This document shows positions 1 to 15,448 of a stretch of DNA of 64,000 nt, piece by piece. The stretch is from assembly GCF_009914755.1 (NCBI RefSeq), contig NC_060940.1; one strand, 5' to 3'. The first letter of the stretch is position 1. Each line of letters starts with the position of its first letter. This DNA is from the human T2T-CHM13v2.0 reference genome, Homo sapiens. The notes beneath the pieces are model-generated. The model had not been told where the DNA came from. It searched no databases and saw only the letters and a list, made by a program, of their open reading frames with translations. The position numbers and the translations under genes are program-made.

Positions 1-2427
1 GAGTGGATGAATATATAGATGGGGGGAAAGATGAATATATCCAGAGGATGAGCCCAAGCAGATTCCTCAAGGAGTAGAATTTGATTTATGCTATTGATCT
101 CACTGGGGTGGTCATGTGATGATAAACAAGAGTTCAGGGCAAAGAAAACACACCAGGTTAAAGTAGCATTGAGCATAGAAAGAGTAGATCTCAGGGCGGG
201 ATGGGGGAGTATAATTTGCTTTACTTTTTTTTTTTAACCTAAAAATATTTTTATTTAGTGTTTCAGTAAATTAAATCAATGACAGTCTTTTCCATGATCC
301 TACTGCCAAGATAGATTTTATTGAACTTTTAAGTATAAAAATAGTGCACAGACAGATAATAATAGGAGAAAATAAGGAATAAAATGAAAATGTTCTTCCC
401 AACCAGTCTCTCTATAAAGATAACCACAGTAACTACGTCTTGTTTATTTGCCATTATTCTTGGGGGGATTTTCTATGATTTGTGAATATGTGTCTGCCAT
501 GCTCTTTTTTAACGAGTGCCTGTTTGTTCATTGCATAAAGTTAACACCACTTAACTGTTCCTCACTGAGGGGGACATTTAGCTTTAGGCTGTTTCCAACA
601 GAACTGCAATCTCTTTAAAATACCTTGTGAGTATATCCATAAGGTAAATTATTTGAAGGAAAACTGCTGGGCTAATTTTTTTTAATGTACATACACTTAT
701 ACATTTTGGTAGATGTTCCCAGATGCCCTTCCCCAAAGTTTGCACCACCTGATGTTACCATGACTCATTTTTATTGCTGTCAGTCATTTAGTGTGGGTGA
801 GGCACCCTTGTTAAAAGACATAAGGTTGGAGCACATAGTCCAGTTTACTTCTGAACATCAGTAGGACATTTCAAAAAAAATGAGTCCTGCTATTCCCTAA
901 TTTATAATAAATTCTGAGAGCGGGGTGGAGATGGCTTCTTTACCCATGAGCTATGCACATTAGATCAAAAAATGGGGGAGAATCCAGAGATGTTGAACTC
1001 AAGCGTGATTTGAAATTCTGTCCATTTTCTTGCCCTCAGTGGATGTTTTTAAAGTAGAAGAGACAGGAAAGGTTAAGACTTTCAGTCTCTTTCCCTTAAG
1101 AGTGATGTGTGATTCTCTACTGTCTGGGAGCTCCAGGGCCTGACCCACAGATTGGCTGTCACTAATGCTGGGAAGAGGTGTCACTAGTTTAGCAACCCTT
1201 CATTCTATGCCATTTCCTGCTTCCATGGGTCAAATGTCAGCACCGTTCAACACGGGCTGAAGAAGCTGACAAAAAAGGTGCTTGGGACTGGATCTTTCAC
1301 AGAGTACAAATGAGGTAGTAGTGGAACAATTGGTGAACACACTTTAGTATATATTTGACACAATTTAGCTGCTATGCCTGGCATCTCTCCTTCAGCATAT
1401 CCTGCCTGGTAGTTATCATTAAAAAATCGAAGAATATATAACATGTTTATAATTTCTTCTTTTTATCCATAGTTCAAAGGGAGAAGCATAGCTTCTCTTT
1501 TAAGAGATAGAAAGATATAGACATAGACTTAGATGTATGTCATTATTCTCCTTTAGGATAAAAGGTGGCTAGGGCTTTATAAAATTTCAGTGTAAATACA
1601 TGGAGTACCATGTATTTACCAAATTACCAAATAGTAATTTGGAGGAGGGGATCTTCGTCAACAACATAAACTTGCCATTAACAGTAATACCCTCTTGCAG
1701 TGTCACACACGAGTCTTTATAACTTAACTCATTTGGAAGTCAATTCTTTCCAGTGTGGCTGAACTATAAGTCTGAAACCAGTGTTATGAAACTTGCAAAG
1801 AAAAGATTAAGTTATTCTGATATGAAAATCTTTATTTTAGAATGCGATATTTATGCAGTACACAGTGCAAATATACAACATAGCGTTTACTGTGAAACGC
1901 CTCCTTCCACTTCTGTCCCCAGCAATTCAGTTCTTCTCCTCAGAGACTGCACTGTAGCTATTTTTGAGCATTAATCCAGAGGCAGTCAATTAATAAACAA
2001 GCATATTCACACAAATAGTAGCATGTGATCATATGACAGGAAAACCAAGTTCCCAGACTATGGCAAAATTGTTTCACTAAGGATAAAAGTTACAGAAAGT
2101 ATACTTGTTTGGCAGAGTTTATTAGATAATATTATTAGATAAAAGTGTTAGCAGGATAGGATGAATTCATGGAAATGTGGGATTTCTCTTATGTATGTAT
2201 TGCTTTATTAAGAGCAAACGCAATATTAATATCACAGGTTTAGACGTCTGAAAAACATACAGGGATTTGGCTATGCCTTTCATAGGCTATGCCTTTTATA
2301 GGCTGTGTGATGTCAGCAAGCTCTCCATTCCTCTCAACCTCACAGTCCTTATATTCAAAAAGCAGAAGAATGTCTCTGTCCAAGGGTTGATACAAACGAT
2401 GAATAGCATTAGATTAAAAGGATCTCC

Positions 2428-2710
<283 letters not shown>

Positions 2711-2873
2711 ATATATACATATATATATATTTATATATAATGTTATATATACATAGTATATAATATATATTTTATACATTATGTATTCAAGGTCCTTTAT
2801 ACATAATATATATGTATATATGTTTATATATGTACATATGTATTATATATATAATATATATAAAGGACCTTGA
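2711..2873. repeat. (TA)n-rich low-complexity tract containing a 15-bp inverted repeat
   Basis: tcaaggtcctttata 2787-2801 and tataaaggaccttga 2859-2873. Confidence 0.9.
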
Positions 2874-3337
2874 CTATAGTAGTATTTAGCGAAAGCAGTT
2901 TGCTTGTTTTCCTCTTTACCTGCTACCCATATTATGAGTTACAGGAGCAGCTCCTCAAACAGTAATATCTTGTTGTGCTTTATATGGCTAAATTTAATGG
3001 TTAAAAAAGAAAGAGAGAGAATATGGTGGAATCAAAGAGTAGTTTCTTCTGATTTACTAGTATGCTCCCTCCCCAACCTCCACTTCTTGGCTGTGTTCAT
3101 ACATGAATGGAGTGTGTAGACATTCATTCTCATCTCCTAATTGCTTTCTTCATAGACAATTCTAGTGATTACAGGGACATTGATTCTAGGGGATGTGCCA
3201 AATTACCTAAGTGCCATCCAGCTCTCAAACTTTTTGTAACCTCCCTCAAGCACCTTTTGAACTCTACCTATTAACTGGCAAGCAATCGAGACGTTATTTA
3301 AAAATCAATATTATCTTTTCATTAAAAACAGCCCCCC

Positions 3338-3670
<333 letters not shown>

Positions 3671-3850
3671 TTATGCTGCTGAGTAAATGGCCTCTTCTCA
3701 CCTTTTTGTGTTCCCCAGTGCACTTCACCTTCACTGTGAAGGTCATGTATTCATGCCTCTAATGTTTTACAATTAAGGATAGCATCTCCACTTTGGTGAA
3801 TTTAATGAGACTTGGCAGTGACCCCAGTGACCTGGTGAACAGCCAACTAT

Positions 3851-3947
3851 TTAGGCTGGTGCAAAAGCAATTACGGTTTTTGCCTTTTTATTTTTAAAAT
3901 GGCAAAATTAAAGTGGCAGGACCGCAATTACTTTTGCACCAAGCTAA
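3851..3947. mobile_element. MADE1 (Hsmar1-derived MITE) with ~17 nt of extra internal sequence
   Basis: TIRs ttaggctggtgcaaaagcaattacggtttttgcc and accgcaattacttttgcaccaagctaa; TA dinucleotides at the flanks. Confidence 0.9.
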
Positions 3948-3949
3948 TA

Positions 3950-4190
3950 TTAAGGAGCCTGGCTCTAAAGTCGGACTGGCTTTCATCCCTTATTACTTGT
4001 GTAACTCTGGGTAAGTTACGAATATGCTTTCCCTTTCCAGTTCTTAATTTTTCTTCTGTAAAATGGGCATAATCGTAGAACTGGACTTCTAGAATGTCTG
4101 GTGAGGATTAGATGAGTATAAAGCGTTCACCATGAGGGTTCTAATCATTTAGCCACAGTAAGCATTCTTTGTGTGTTGGCTGTTACTGTG
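3950..4190 (+). mobile_element. MIR fragment
   Basis: MIR core-like ctgggtaagtt...ttcttctgtaaaatgggcataat...gtgaggatta. Confidence 0.7.
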
Positions 4191-4568
4191 AATGCCATTT
4201 AGTTACCTGAATCCATTCATCCACTTCGTCTCATATATTTTCCAATATTTATGGAGTGCCTGTGTTGGTCAAAGCACCAATGCAGAGCCGCCATCTTTCC
4301 CTTTGATTTTTGAATGTCCCAGGATGGTACTCTAGATGGTTCCACACAATCCAGCTGTTGATAACAAAGACAGGTTGTTCACCAAATCAGAGAGTCTTTG
4401 AGAGTTCAGAAGAGTTTAAAAGAGACAGATGGGTGCCTCTTTCATGGCCCCGAGCTTTTCTGTAGAGGTTGTCTTTCACGTGGAGACATCTCTGTTCCTT
4501 TTATTTTCTGTTGACTCATAGCAACTCGGGAGGGAGATTATTCAAGAACAAAAGGGAGGAGTGTGTAG

Positions 4569-4942
<374 letters not shown>

Positions 4943-5286
4943 AGGATGGGCATTCTTGTAGAGAGAGATAGCTAAGATCATGTTTCTGGCATCCAAGCTC
5001 TTGGTTATAACTCTGGGTTTGCTGCTTGCCACATGAATGGCCTCGGACAAGTTATTGAACCTATCTGGGCCTCAGATTCCCCATATGAGAATTTGATTGT
5101 GTTAAAGTATTAGGGTAGCTAACAGAGCACCTGAAAGTTATTAATTTGAATATCTGTTGGTAACAGATTATAAAGTTGTGAGGTAGCATTTATTTGGTGC
5201 TTACTATGTCCCAGGAACTGGGGTAAGAAGTTCACATCATGTCTGGCAGTGTAGTAACCTGCAGAAGAGCCAGTAGAGTAAGACAT

Positions 5287-5603
5287 TATTTTATTTTATT
5301 TATTTTTTATTTTTGAGACAGGGTCTCACTCTGTCACCCAGGCTGGAGTGCAGTAGTTCGATCATGGCTCACTGCAGCCTCAGCCTCCTGAGCCCAAGTG
5401 ATCCTCCCACCTCAGCATCCTGAGTAGCTGGGACCACTAGCACACATCACCACACCCAGCAAATTTTTGTAGTTTTTGTAGATACTAGAGATGCTGTTTT
5501 GCCATGTTGCCCAGGCTGGTCTTGAACTGCTGGGCTCAAATGATCCTCCCACCTAGGCCTCCCAAAGTGCTGAAATTACAGGCATGAGCCATAACTTCTG
5601 GCC
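5287..5603 (-). mobile_element. AluJ
   Basis: Antisense Alu with J-type features (gagacagggtctcact, tgggctcaa, gatcctcccacct). Confidence 0.92.
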
Positions 5604-8441
5604 TAGTCAGAATATTTGTTTGAATTCTTACCCTCACAATTACAAGCTGTGGCCTTAATCCCTTTCCTTAATGCTTTCTTGTCTTCAGATCCTCCATCTG
5701 GAATACGTGAAGATTTAATGAGATGATATCTATATAACACGCTTTGAAAAATGCCTGACACGTAAAGATCACTTAATAAATGTTGGTTATTCTTACTGTA
5801 TTAAACATCCCAATTATTAGATGGTATAACTTGCCCAGGTTCACACAACTCAGAAGATACAAGAGGAAAACTTGAGTTGGTTTTGTCAGCTCTTTTGCAG
5901 ACGTAGGGGGCTAAATGAGTAACATTCTGAAATGAAGTCTTCGGCATCTCCAAGGGATAAGGATGCCTGGAAATTTCACCTTTGGGGCACATTCTATAAA
6001 CTGTACAAAATTAAATCCCTCACTTCATTTCCCCAGAAAGACCCCTCTGAAGCATTGCTCTGTATCCTTGCAAATCTGTACCACGAGACAAGGGGATGTC
6101 AGTAGGATTTGGTCTCCCCACAAAATCCCTGCAAAGATGTATGAGGCTGCATATAAATTGCATTGAATGGGCTAACATTGCTTTTATGCTGAATATCGGC
6201 AAAAAGTATGAAATGGAGATTACATTTTCAATTCTGGCTTTTTCCCCCAAAGCTTTACCAAGCTGCCCTCATCCTCACCCCTCCATCATAGTGCAATTGC
6301 ATTGGTGTGGAGTCCTAGCTCTCCTTTCCTTGCTGGGAAGTGTACCTAACACTTGCTGTCAGGCTGGAACCGTGGGTAACATGTTCCTTAACAGCAAGTT
6401 TCTTTATTTTCCTTCCCCCACATCTCTGTCCTTTTTTTCTCACTACTTTTTGTTGTTAAGACCTGTCACACATGAGAATCACAAAACCAACTACAAATAA
6501 ATGGCATTCTTGTGGATGCTAAAATCGGTATATCTGTCTCTTGGGTTGTTCAGGGTAGAAATAAGACATCGATGCAAATATGGTTCATCCACCGGCAATG
6601 AGACACAGGCTTATTATTTCTTCCTGAAATACATATATTCATATCATCTATTTCAGTTTGTATCTCCAAACAGCCCTAAATCATTGTGAGGACCTGGGCT
6701 CCAGTTTGGGTCTATGAAAAGAGGGTTTACCCGTGGGGGGTCGGGGGGTGGTTGTGCATCTGGTTTTACATCAGCATTAATTCCGATATTTCAACAGCCC
6801 CTTCCTGCCCACATTCCTTGCCTCTCCCTTCTGCCCCCTGAATATTATTGCCTGGCTGACTCCCCAAAGAGAAAATGTACTAAGCGAACTTGACAGATTC
6901 CGGCTGGCTCCATATGGCAAGGCCTGAGTTTCGTGTTCCTGGGACCCCCAAGCTGCTCTCACCTTATTACGATGGTAGTAACTACATGCAAGTCAAGTCC
7001 ACTGCATTGGTTTTAATTCCTTGGGCCCTGGGGACTAGCCTCAGACTTCAAGGTGGCATTGGATGCAACATCATCCACTGCAAATATGACCTTTCCCTTC
7101 TCTTCCCATAACCACACAGCTGGGGGGAAGGTAGGTGGAAAATAGACCCTGAGTCTAGGAAAATCTTCGAAAAATGCAGAGATAATATCAGAGGGCTTTG
7201 CTAGGGCTGGCAGCAGAGTCTAACAAAGACATCTTAAAGCATCTTGTTGTTTATTGCTTGATCTGAACCTTTGCACTCCCACACATAATTGAGACTTTGA
7301 CTTTGATTCATAAGTATATAATTTGAATTCCTCCTTCTCTCTACACTGTTTTAAAGCCATGGAGAAAATTAACTCCAAATCGAATAAGTGCATTTCAAAT
7401 GGATAAGCACTTGCAACCCGATGATTAAGGAGTGCAGTTGAATCCCATATGTTTTTAAATAATCAGAATTTGTTAGAATGCATCTGTAAAAGAAAGTTTT
7501 TTGACAGCTTTTCACTTCACCCAGAGTATATAGAAAATGTTGCTACCTTCATGTAATGTAGTCTTCCATATTCTGACAGAACTATCATTGCGTAGAATGA
7601 AGAGAACACAAAGAGGGCAGAGAGTCACCTTGTTCAAATAGCTAAAAGGGATAGCAAGAGGAAGATAGACTTTACTCCAGGTGGCCCAAGGGAAAAAAAT
7701 ACATCTAAAGGGAAAGATTTTTTAAGGGAGTGAGGAGTGGGAGGAGAGTTAGAGAAATAGTGTAGCAATCTGAGCTGCTGAAGAGAAAGTGCTTTAGTGT
7801 TCACAGTAGGGGCTGCAGTTTGCAGAGGCTAGAGAGGGGGAGTCCCTGGTACCATGTCTGAAGTTCCTTCTAACCCTGAGGTCCTTGATGCTGGGCATTG
7901 GCACACCTCACAGTGAGATGATTTCTGACACAAACTGGATTGGTCACCATTATAAATGATTCAACTTATTTCAGAAGCCACTTTTGCCAGCTTTCCGCTA
8001 TATGCAACAAAAACCTCAACCTCTGAATATGAAAAATTCAATCCATTTGCTTTCCTTTTAGCTAAAAGGAACCCAAAACTGACTCCGCTTATTGCTGGAT
8101 TTGTATGCTACTTGCTAAATAAATGGATCTAGTCTAGATGCCAACAATACCCTGAGGATGTAGAAAACCTCCTTTGCTTGAGTCGAGCGCCTTGAAATAG
8201 CTCTGTTGCATCTTGAACGGGGCTAGTTTGTTAATTCGATGAGTAAAGGGGAGAGTACCATCATTTCGTTTGTTCCCGTGCGGACCGAACACGGTATTAG
8301 CCTCTCTGCAGATACAATCTCACTTAGACGTACCAGCCACTGTGAGAGTGTAGAAGAGTTTATCCCGAATCCACAAACAGGAAAGTGGAGTCATAGGCAG
8401 GAATGCACTCAGGTAGTGGTGGGAAGTGGATCAAAACCCAG

Positions 8442-8761
8442 TTTTGTTTTTTTTTTTTTTAATTTTAATTTTAGGGACAGGGTCTCGGTCTGTTGCCTAG
8501 GCTGGAGCGCAGTGGTGTGATCTCGGCTCAGTGCAACTTCTGCCTCCCGAGTTGAGGCAACTCTCCTGCCTCAGCCTCCCGAGTCGCTGGGATTACAGGC
8601 ATGCACCACCACACTGGCTAATTTATTGTATTGTATAGTTTTGTAGAGATGGGGGTCTCACTTTGTTGCCCAGGCTAGTCTTGAACTCCTGGGCTCAGTG
8701 TATCCTCTGGCTTGGCCTCCCAAAGTGCTGGGATTACAGGTATGAGCCGGGGTGCCTGGCC
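8442..8761 (-). mobile_element. AluJ-like, inserted in a MIR
   Basis: Antisense Alu; TSD aaacccag. Confidence 0.92.
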
Positions 8762-11027
8762 CAAACCCAGGTATTTTACTCTACAATGCTTGCCCTTTTC
8801 TCAGCCCTTCCTTGCTTGCAGGACACCTGAAGTCCCTTGAGCTGCTGTCTATGGGAAAGGACTCAAGAGCCTGCCTTTTCCCGGGTGAAGGTAGCTGGTT
8901 GGGCCTGGGGTGTGAAGCATGAAACAGGTACTGTGCATCTCACCACAGCTCAGAGATGGAAGGATGCAGCTTCTTCTGCTTTTGTTCCACTTCAAGTCTA
9001 GCCCCTCTTGGGGCTGCTTCTCTCCGAGGGGAAGTGGGGCACCTGGAGGGGGGGCAGGTGTAGGTGATTGGAGCTGGAATTTCTCTAGTGTGATAGTGGC
9101 ATCAGCTCCACATTCTCCCCAGCATGTCGAATTTGTAACAAAGCTAGATGTGAAGAGTCTTCCCCAGAACATCCCTCAATAATTTGTTTTAATAATAGAC
9201 ATTTTCAGCTTAAATGTGAGTTTTTATCGGAGATTTCCCCCTTCCCAATTTGTGTCAGCAACCGTTATTAAATTCCTAGGAAAATTCAAATGTTGGGGCT
9301 TGGTCAGAAGTGAGGCCGACGTATAGGTGCCAGTTCCAGCCTGATGTTTCCCACCGATGTCCATGTGCTGACTCAGTAAACAACTGCCTTTCTTCTGAAT
9401 GGTCTATGTGAGCTGTTGATTATCATGTTCTTAAAGAAGGCTGAATATCTTGTGCCTTTCTTGTTAAGCCTGTGTGTCTTGGGACAGCTACACACACTCT
9501 CTAAGTTACAGTTTTCTGAGCTTTGGGTGAGGGGATGTTCGTCTTGTTCTGCCTGCAGCACTGGGCCTCGGGAAGCAACTTAGGGTTTTGGCTAGAGCAA
9601 GGACAGATCTGACATCTAGTCCTTCTTCTGTGTTTTCTGTCAATCCCAGTTTCCCTCTCTTTCAACCTGAGCTGGTAGCACTATCCTTTTACTGTTTAGA
9701 GGGTTAAGAGAGATAACACCTAGTATATAGTAGCTGCTCAGAAAATTTCTCGTTTCCACAAATGAGAAAGTGAATGCAATAGACATTTGAGAACAGTAAA
9801 TGTGTAATAGAATTATTAGTTCTTTGTTCTAATTGTCACCGGCTCCGTTTAAAAAAATACATATATGGTATTTACTTTGGGAAAGCTGCAAGCCCTGTCT
9901 CCATCACCTCCTTTTTTCAAGCGTGGACTCATTTTCATCTGCGGATTCCCTCTTGCCTGAAGGCCTTGGTGCCGCATGAGCAAGTGCAGTGCTGAGAGCT
10001 GTGTATGGAGCTGGAAGCACAGGCCACTTTCTGCTGCCGAGAAATCTTCTGCCCTCCGAGGGCACAGGCTTGACTGCAAGGGGATGTGGGAAGCCATTTG
10101 TGAGAAGTCGTAATTAATGATCTGCTGGGCCTTGGCACTTATGGAGGAAGCAGAAAGCAGCTGGGAATTGAAACAGCCTCTTGGATAAAAGTTGTCCTCC
10201 TGGGGCTGCTTCCCTCTGAGGGGATGCGAGGGACCTGGGAGGGAGGGGCAGGGCTAGGGGTCTCTGTAGTGCGAATTACTCAATGCTACTGTCTTTTCCA
10301 CAGCTTATAGGGCTGCTACCTGCCATGCATGATATCCAAGTGATATGGCCAAAGAACCCTAGCTCTTGAGACAAAACATCCTGGGCTTGAATTCTAGCTC
10401 TTCCTATTGCTCCTTACATCTGGACAGTTGCCCTCCATCTCTGAGCCTATTTTTTTCATTTGTTCAATGAGGATGGTGCTACATACTCCGCAAGGCTGTC
10501 TGGATTAGAAACTGAGTAACATAAATGGAACAGAGTAAGGACTCAGAAGTACTTGGGATAAAATATACAGCAAGAAACATAGAGCCCCCGTCTTCAGGGT
10601 GCTTACGGTTTTGTGGATAATAGAAATCGCATTATCTATATAATGTGTAAACTTGTGGATATTTCTGTAGATATTGCTGTAGAATGTATGCACATATGTC
10701 AGGTGATATTAGATATAAATTGCTGCTAAATTATTCAGATACTTCTCATAATATAAATTGTTCTTCTTTGGTGGAATATTGGGATGCCTCTGTAGTGCAA
10801 ATTACTCTCTTTTGGTGAGTTAGCAAGAATCTATCATACCTTAATTTGATCTTACTTGCTGCTAGGCTGATTTGAAAGTTAACTTACCCTTCAGATGACT
10901 AAGGGCTATTAAATCCCTGAAGGAACCTTGCAGATAACTACAGCAAATAACAATATCTTCTATTGAAAACATATTTGGTATTCCTTGTACCAACCTTATA
11001 AGAATGCTTTGAGTATGACATGAACTA

Positions 11028-11375
11028 CAGATACTCCTTGACTTAGGATGGGATCATACTGCAATAAACCCATCATAAGTAGAAAACATAATAAGTCAAA
11101 AATGCACTTAACACCCCTCACCTACTCAACATCACAGCTTAGCCTAGCCTGCCTTAAAAGTTCTCAGAACACTTATATTAGTCTGTAGTTTGGCAAACCA
11201 TCTAACACAGAGGCTATCTTACAATAAAGTGTTGAATATCTCATGTAATAATTGAATGCATTACTGAAAGTGAAAAACAGTATGGTTATTATGAGAACGC
11301 GAGATACGGTTTCTCCTGAATGATTTCACTTTCACACCATTGTAAAGTCGAAAAGTCTTGAGTCGGGGCGATCTG
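11028..11375 (+). mobile_element. MER47A-like TcMar-Tigger DNA transposon
   Basis: cagatactccttgactta...agtcggggcgatctg termini, TA on both sides (11026-11027, 11376-11377); paralogous to 63035-63365. Confidence 0.8.
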
Positions 11376-11801
11376 TATTGCCTACAAATCAAGCCGTGCA
11401 GCGTCCACACCTAGCAAGGGCTAGTGATGGTTATCATAGCAACAAGTCCTCCTGCTCTATAGTCATAACAATAATATTTTGTAGCATCTATTCCATTGTG
11501 TTGCATGAAGGGTTACAGAATCTAATATATGCAGAACGCTGGGCACAGTGCCTGGTGCATTGCATTGTAAGAGCTCAAACAGTGTCAGCTGCAATCATCC
11601 TCATTAATTCTATCTTCGCAGTAACTCTGTGAAGTGCTTTAGGGAGGCGTTACAGTCCCACTTTACCGGTGAGAAAAATGAGGCTCAAAGAGGCTTGTTC
11701 AGTCCGCACAGCTGACAGTGATTGCTGCGTCAGGGCCAGCTGTAGCCTTATTCCTGAATTTCTCCTTATACCTCTTCAGCCCCTCCTTCCATTTCATCCC
11801 A

Positions 11802-11827
11802 GTTGTTGTTGTTGTTGTTGTTGTTGT
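11802..11827. repeat. (GTT)n microsatellite
   Basis: Direct reading. Confidence 0.9.
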
Positions 11828-11868
11828 TTCTTAAATCAAGAGTTTGCATGCATCTTCCCTTTGATTGC

Positions 11869-11900
<32 letters not shown>

Positions 11901-13189
11901 GGAAAGCAGTCATGAAGATATTGCCTAGCCTCGGGTACACAAATTCTGGATCTGCTTTCCAAGAGAACCCAGGAGGAAGAAGATGCTGTGACAGGCATTT
12001 CTTATCAGGGAGAGGCTCCCCTGCTTGCACTTCGAATCCACAATGATGAAGGAATTTTCCTTCCTGGGCGTATTTGCTTATGTTCTTGGATGTGCTGGTA
12101 AGCCCCTGCCTACCCACCTCTATGTAAATGAGTCCTCCCACAAGCTCGGGATGTTCTGTCCCCAAATCCTGAACACCATGTACAGGAGATGGGCTTAGAT
12201 GTTGCAGAAGCAAAGACTGAGAGGGGGGCAGCTTTTGGCTGCAATTAACTCCCTTTTTGACTTTATCCTGGGTTGGAAAAGACCTTCACCTGGCTAGGAG
12301 ATCTGAAAATGTGCCTATGATTGTCAGCTGATTTTCCCAGGTCATGAACCTGGGCCCCTCAGCCTGGAACACCGTGGGAGGAGAGGGAAGCCACCCTCGT
12401 CACTAAAAGGTGCTACCCTTTTATTCACCTTCCTCAAGTTAGAAGAACTGTTTCTCCAGCTGTACCAAGGCTGTGCTGGAATTGGGATCGCAGAGCAGTG
12501 CAGAATATTTATTAACCACCTACTATGTGACTGCGGAAATAGACTCATCAAACTATTTTGGGTCCCTCCTGGATGCTGTGAGAGACCTAAAGTAAATCGT
12601 TGCAATACTTGGGTTCTTGACGAAGAGCGTTGGCTTCACAATCTGGCAGACCTGTTGTCCTATCCCAGATCAGACTTACTGAACCTGTGAATTGGGGCAA
12701 GTTATTTATCTCTTCTAGATTCATTTCCCTTACTTGTGAAAGATGGTAATAATGTGTGTCATGTAAAAATATGAGGATATTAGATAAGCACTTTGTGGTG
12801 TCTTGGACCTAAAAAGCAGTTAGTGTGTGGTGGACATTGTATATCTTTAATATCCAGACCTTTCCTGGGATGCCAACCTTGTTATCTACAGACATACTGC
12901 CTGAGGGTGGAGGTTTGAATTGAGGATACAGATAGGACAGTGTTCTTATTGGGGTGGCTGATAATAGAATAATTGCTTATTTATCTTATAGGTTGGGAAA
13001 TATTGGTATTTTAAAGGTGGGTTTTCCAGAGTTGGGTATAAGTTCAGCTACCCAAGACAACAGGTTACTGGGGCTGTATGGCTTTGCATCCAGAGTTAAA
13101 AGCCAGGCCTGGGAATAATTAAAATACTTTTCATCCTGGGAAATTCTGCTTTAACTGGTTTATAGCAGAGGCTGCGCATCAGATGTTTT

Positions 13190-13790
13190 CAAAATTAAGT
13201 GATGGTTTATGTACAATCTAATTCATCCGCTTAAGTGTACAGTTTGAATTTTGATGATTATATACAATCTCACAGTCTCCACTACAGTTCCTTGACCTTA
13301 AGTTTCCTTACGCTTTATTTTCAGTCTATTCTGCCCCCCCATTCCCTAACCCCTGGCAAGTATTAATCAGCTTTCTGTCCCTGTTGTTTTGAATTTCATA
13401 ATAAATGGAATCATACTGTGCAGAGTCTTTTTTGTTTGAGTCCTTTCCCTGAGCATAAAGTTTTTGAGATTCAGCCATAATTGTTGCACATATTAACATT
13501 TTGTTCCTTTTCATTGCTGAGTGGTACGTCACGGTAGGAATATACCAAGATGTGTTTATCCATTCACCAGACCAATTAATGGACATTTGTTTCTAGTTTT
13601 TGGCTATTAAGAATGCTGTGGAATTTGAGTACATGTCTTTATGTGGACACATGTCTTCATTTTGGGGAGATAAATCCTTCAAAGTAGAAATGCTGGGAGA
13701 CATGGTAAGTTCAGATTTAACATTCTAGGATACCATTATTGTTGTTATCCAAAGTGGCTGTGCCATTTTGCTTTTCCACTGGCATTGTAG
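13190..13790 (-). mobile_element. Old L1M 3' fragment
   Basis: Typical antisense L1M 3'UTR motifs (ccctggcaa, ataaatggaatcatac, tttatccattcacc, ccaaagtggctgt). Confidence 0.75.
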
Positions 13791-13802
13791 CATTGGGTAT
13801 TT

Positions 13803-14095
<293 letters not shown>

Positions 14096-15169
14096 GGCAT
14101 TGGGTATTTTTCGCACAGCTCCCAGATGTTTATATTGTTATGTATCTAACTAGCATGGATATCCTCTGGGCTCTGTTTTTTCTGATTTAATGGCCACCTT
14201 TGGGCTATCAGATGAATAAGGATATTGTCAGTATCAGGAAAGTAAAGAAGACATTTGTCCCAACCCATATGCCCCAAGTTGTTCAAAACTATTGAGGAAA
14301 GAGATACTGTCTGGGTTTTCATAACTCAGTTGCATTTTTATGTCTTGCATATCAAAATTTGTATGCAGGGTTACGTTCCCCAACATTAATCCACTTTTTT
14401 TTTTTTTAATAACAGAGGACTTGACTTAGATAAAGAGAAGTCTTATTCCCTCAGGTAGGAAGTTGTTTCCACCTGCTATAGACACATTAGTTAATAATCA
14501 AGGGACAGGTGTGTTCACTGACCTACCTGTTATTTTGTTTTACAACTATAATGACTAGTTCTGTTTATGCATGCACACACAGCTGCACCCTCGCGTGTTG
14601 CTTTTCCCTCATGTTTCCAGGCAGACCACGCAGTGACTATTTAATGCTTTGCCTTGCTATGCGCTGTTGCTTATACATTTCTGGAAGACATTTTCCCATC
14701 CTCTGCAGTTTACCTTGTACTTTTATTTTCTCCTTGTTGAATTACAAATAGATTAACACGCTCAATAGGTTTTCCTTGAATCCAGCTGAATGCTTCAACC
14801 TCCCACATGTGCTTTTTTTAGTTTTGTAACATGACAGGGAATGAGGTGAATGAGCTGAGGATGTGGCCTTTGTCTTGGGCTGAAGCAGTTCTCAACCCCC
14901 AGATGGCTTGTCCCTACTCCCCCAGGCAAGAGCCCATACCTCAAGATTATAAAGAGAGGTTTTAAATAGAAGATTGTTCTATCTAAACATGTGCCTAACT
15001 GACATCTATTTTGTTATTATGTGAAACACATCCATATATAATGTATATGTATCCATAATGTATGTACATATATGTATTTCCCAACTCTCTCATGTCTGAA
15101 TATTACATCCCTTGACTATCTTCTGTGGCTCTCCGAGTCCACTTGGCATTTGGTTATCAGCTTATACTT

Positions 15170-15378
15170 AACAGCAAGTGTCGGTCTGCAGGCCCATCAC
15201 CTATTTTTGTAAATAAAGTTTTATTGGCACATAGCCACACCCATTTATTTACATATTGTTCATGGTTGCTGTTTTGCTACAACTGTGAAGTTGAGTTGTG
15301 TCAACAGAAATGTATGCCCCATAGAGCTGAAAGTGTTTCCTGTCTGGCTCTTTACAGGAAAACACAATTTCTGATCCT
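15170..15378 (+). mobile_element. MER58A-like hAT-Charlie element
   Basis: tttttgtaaataaagttttattggcacatagccac core; similar copies at ~43665-43875 and ~62241-62462. Confidence 0.75.
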
Positions 15379-15448
15379 TCTTCTGTGCTACCACTTGGTG
15401 TGTTTGCAACTTCACTGTGCTGTCTGTGGGTATTTGTGTGTTTGTGTC

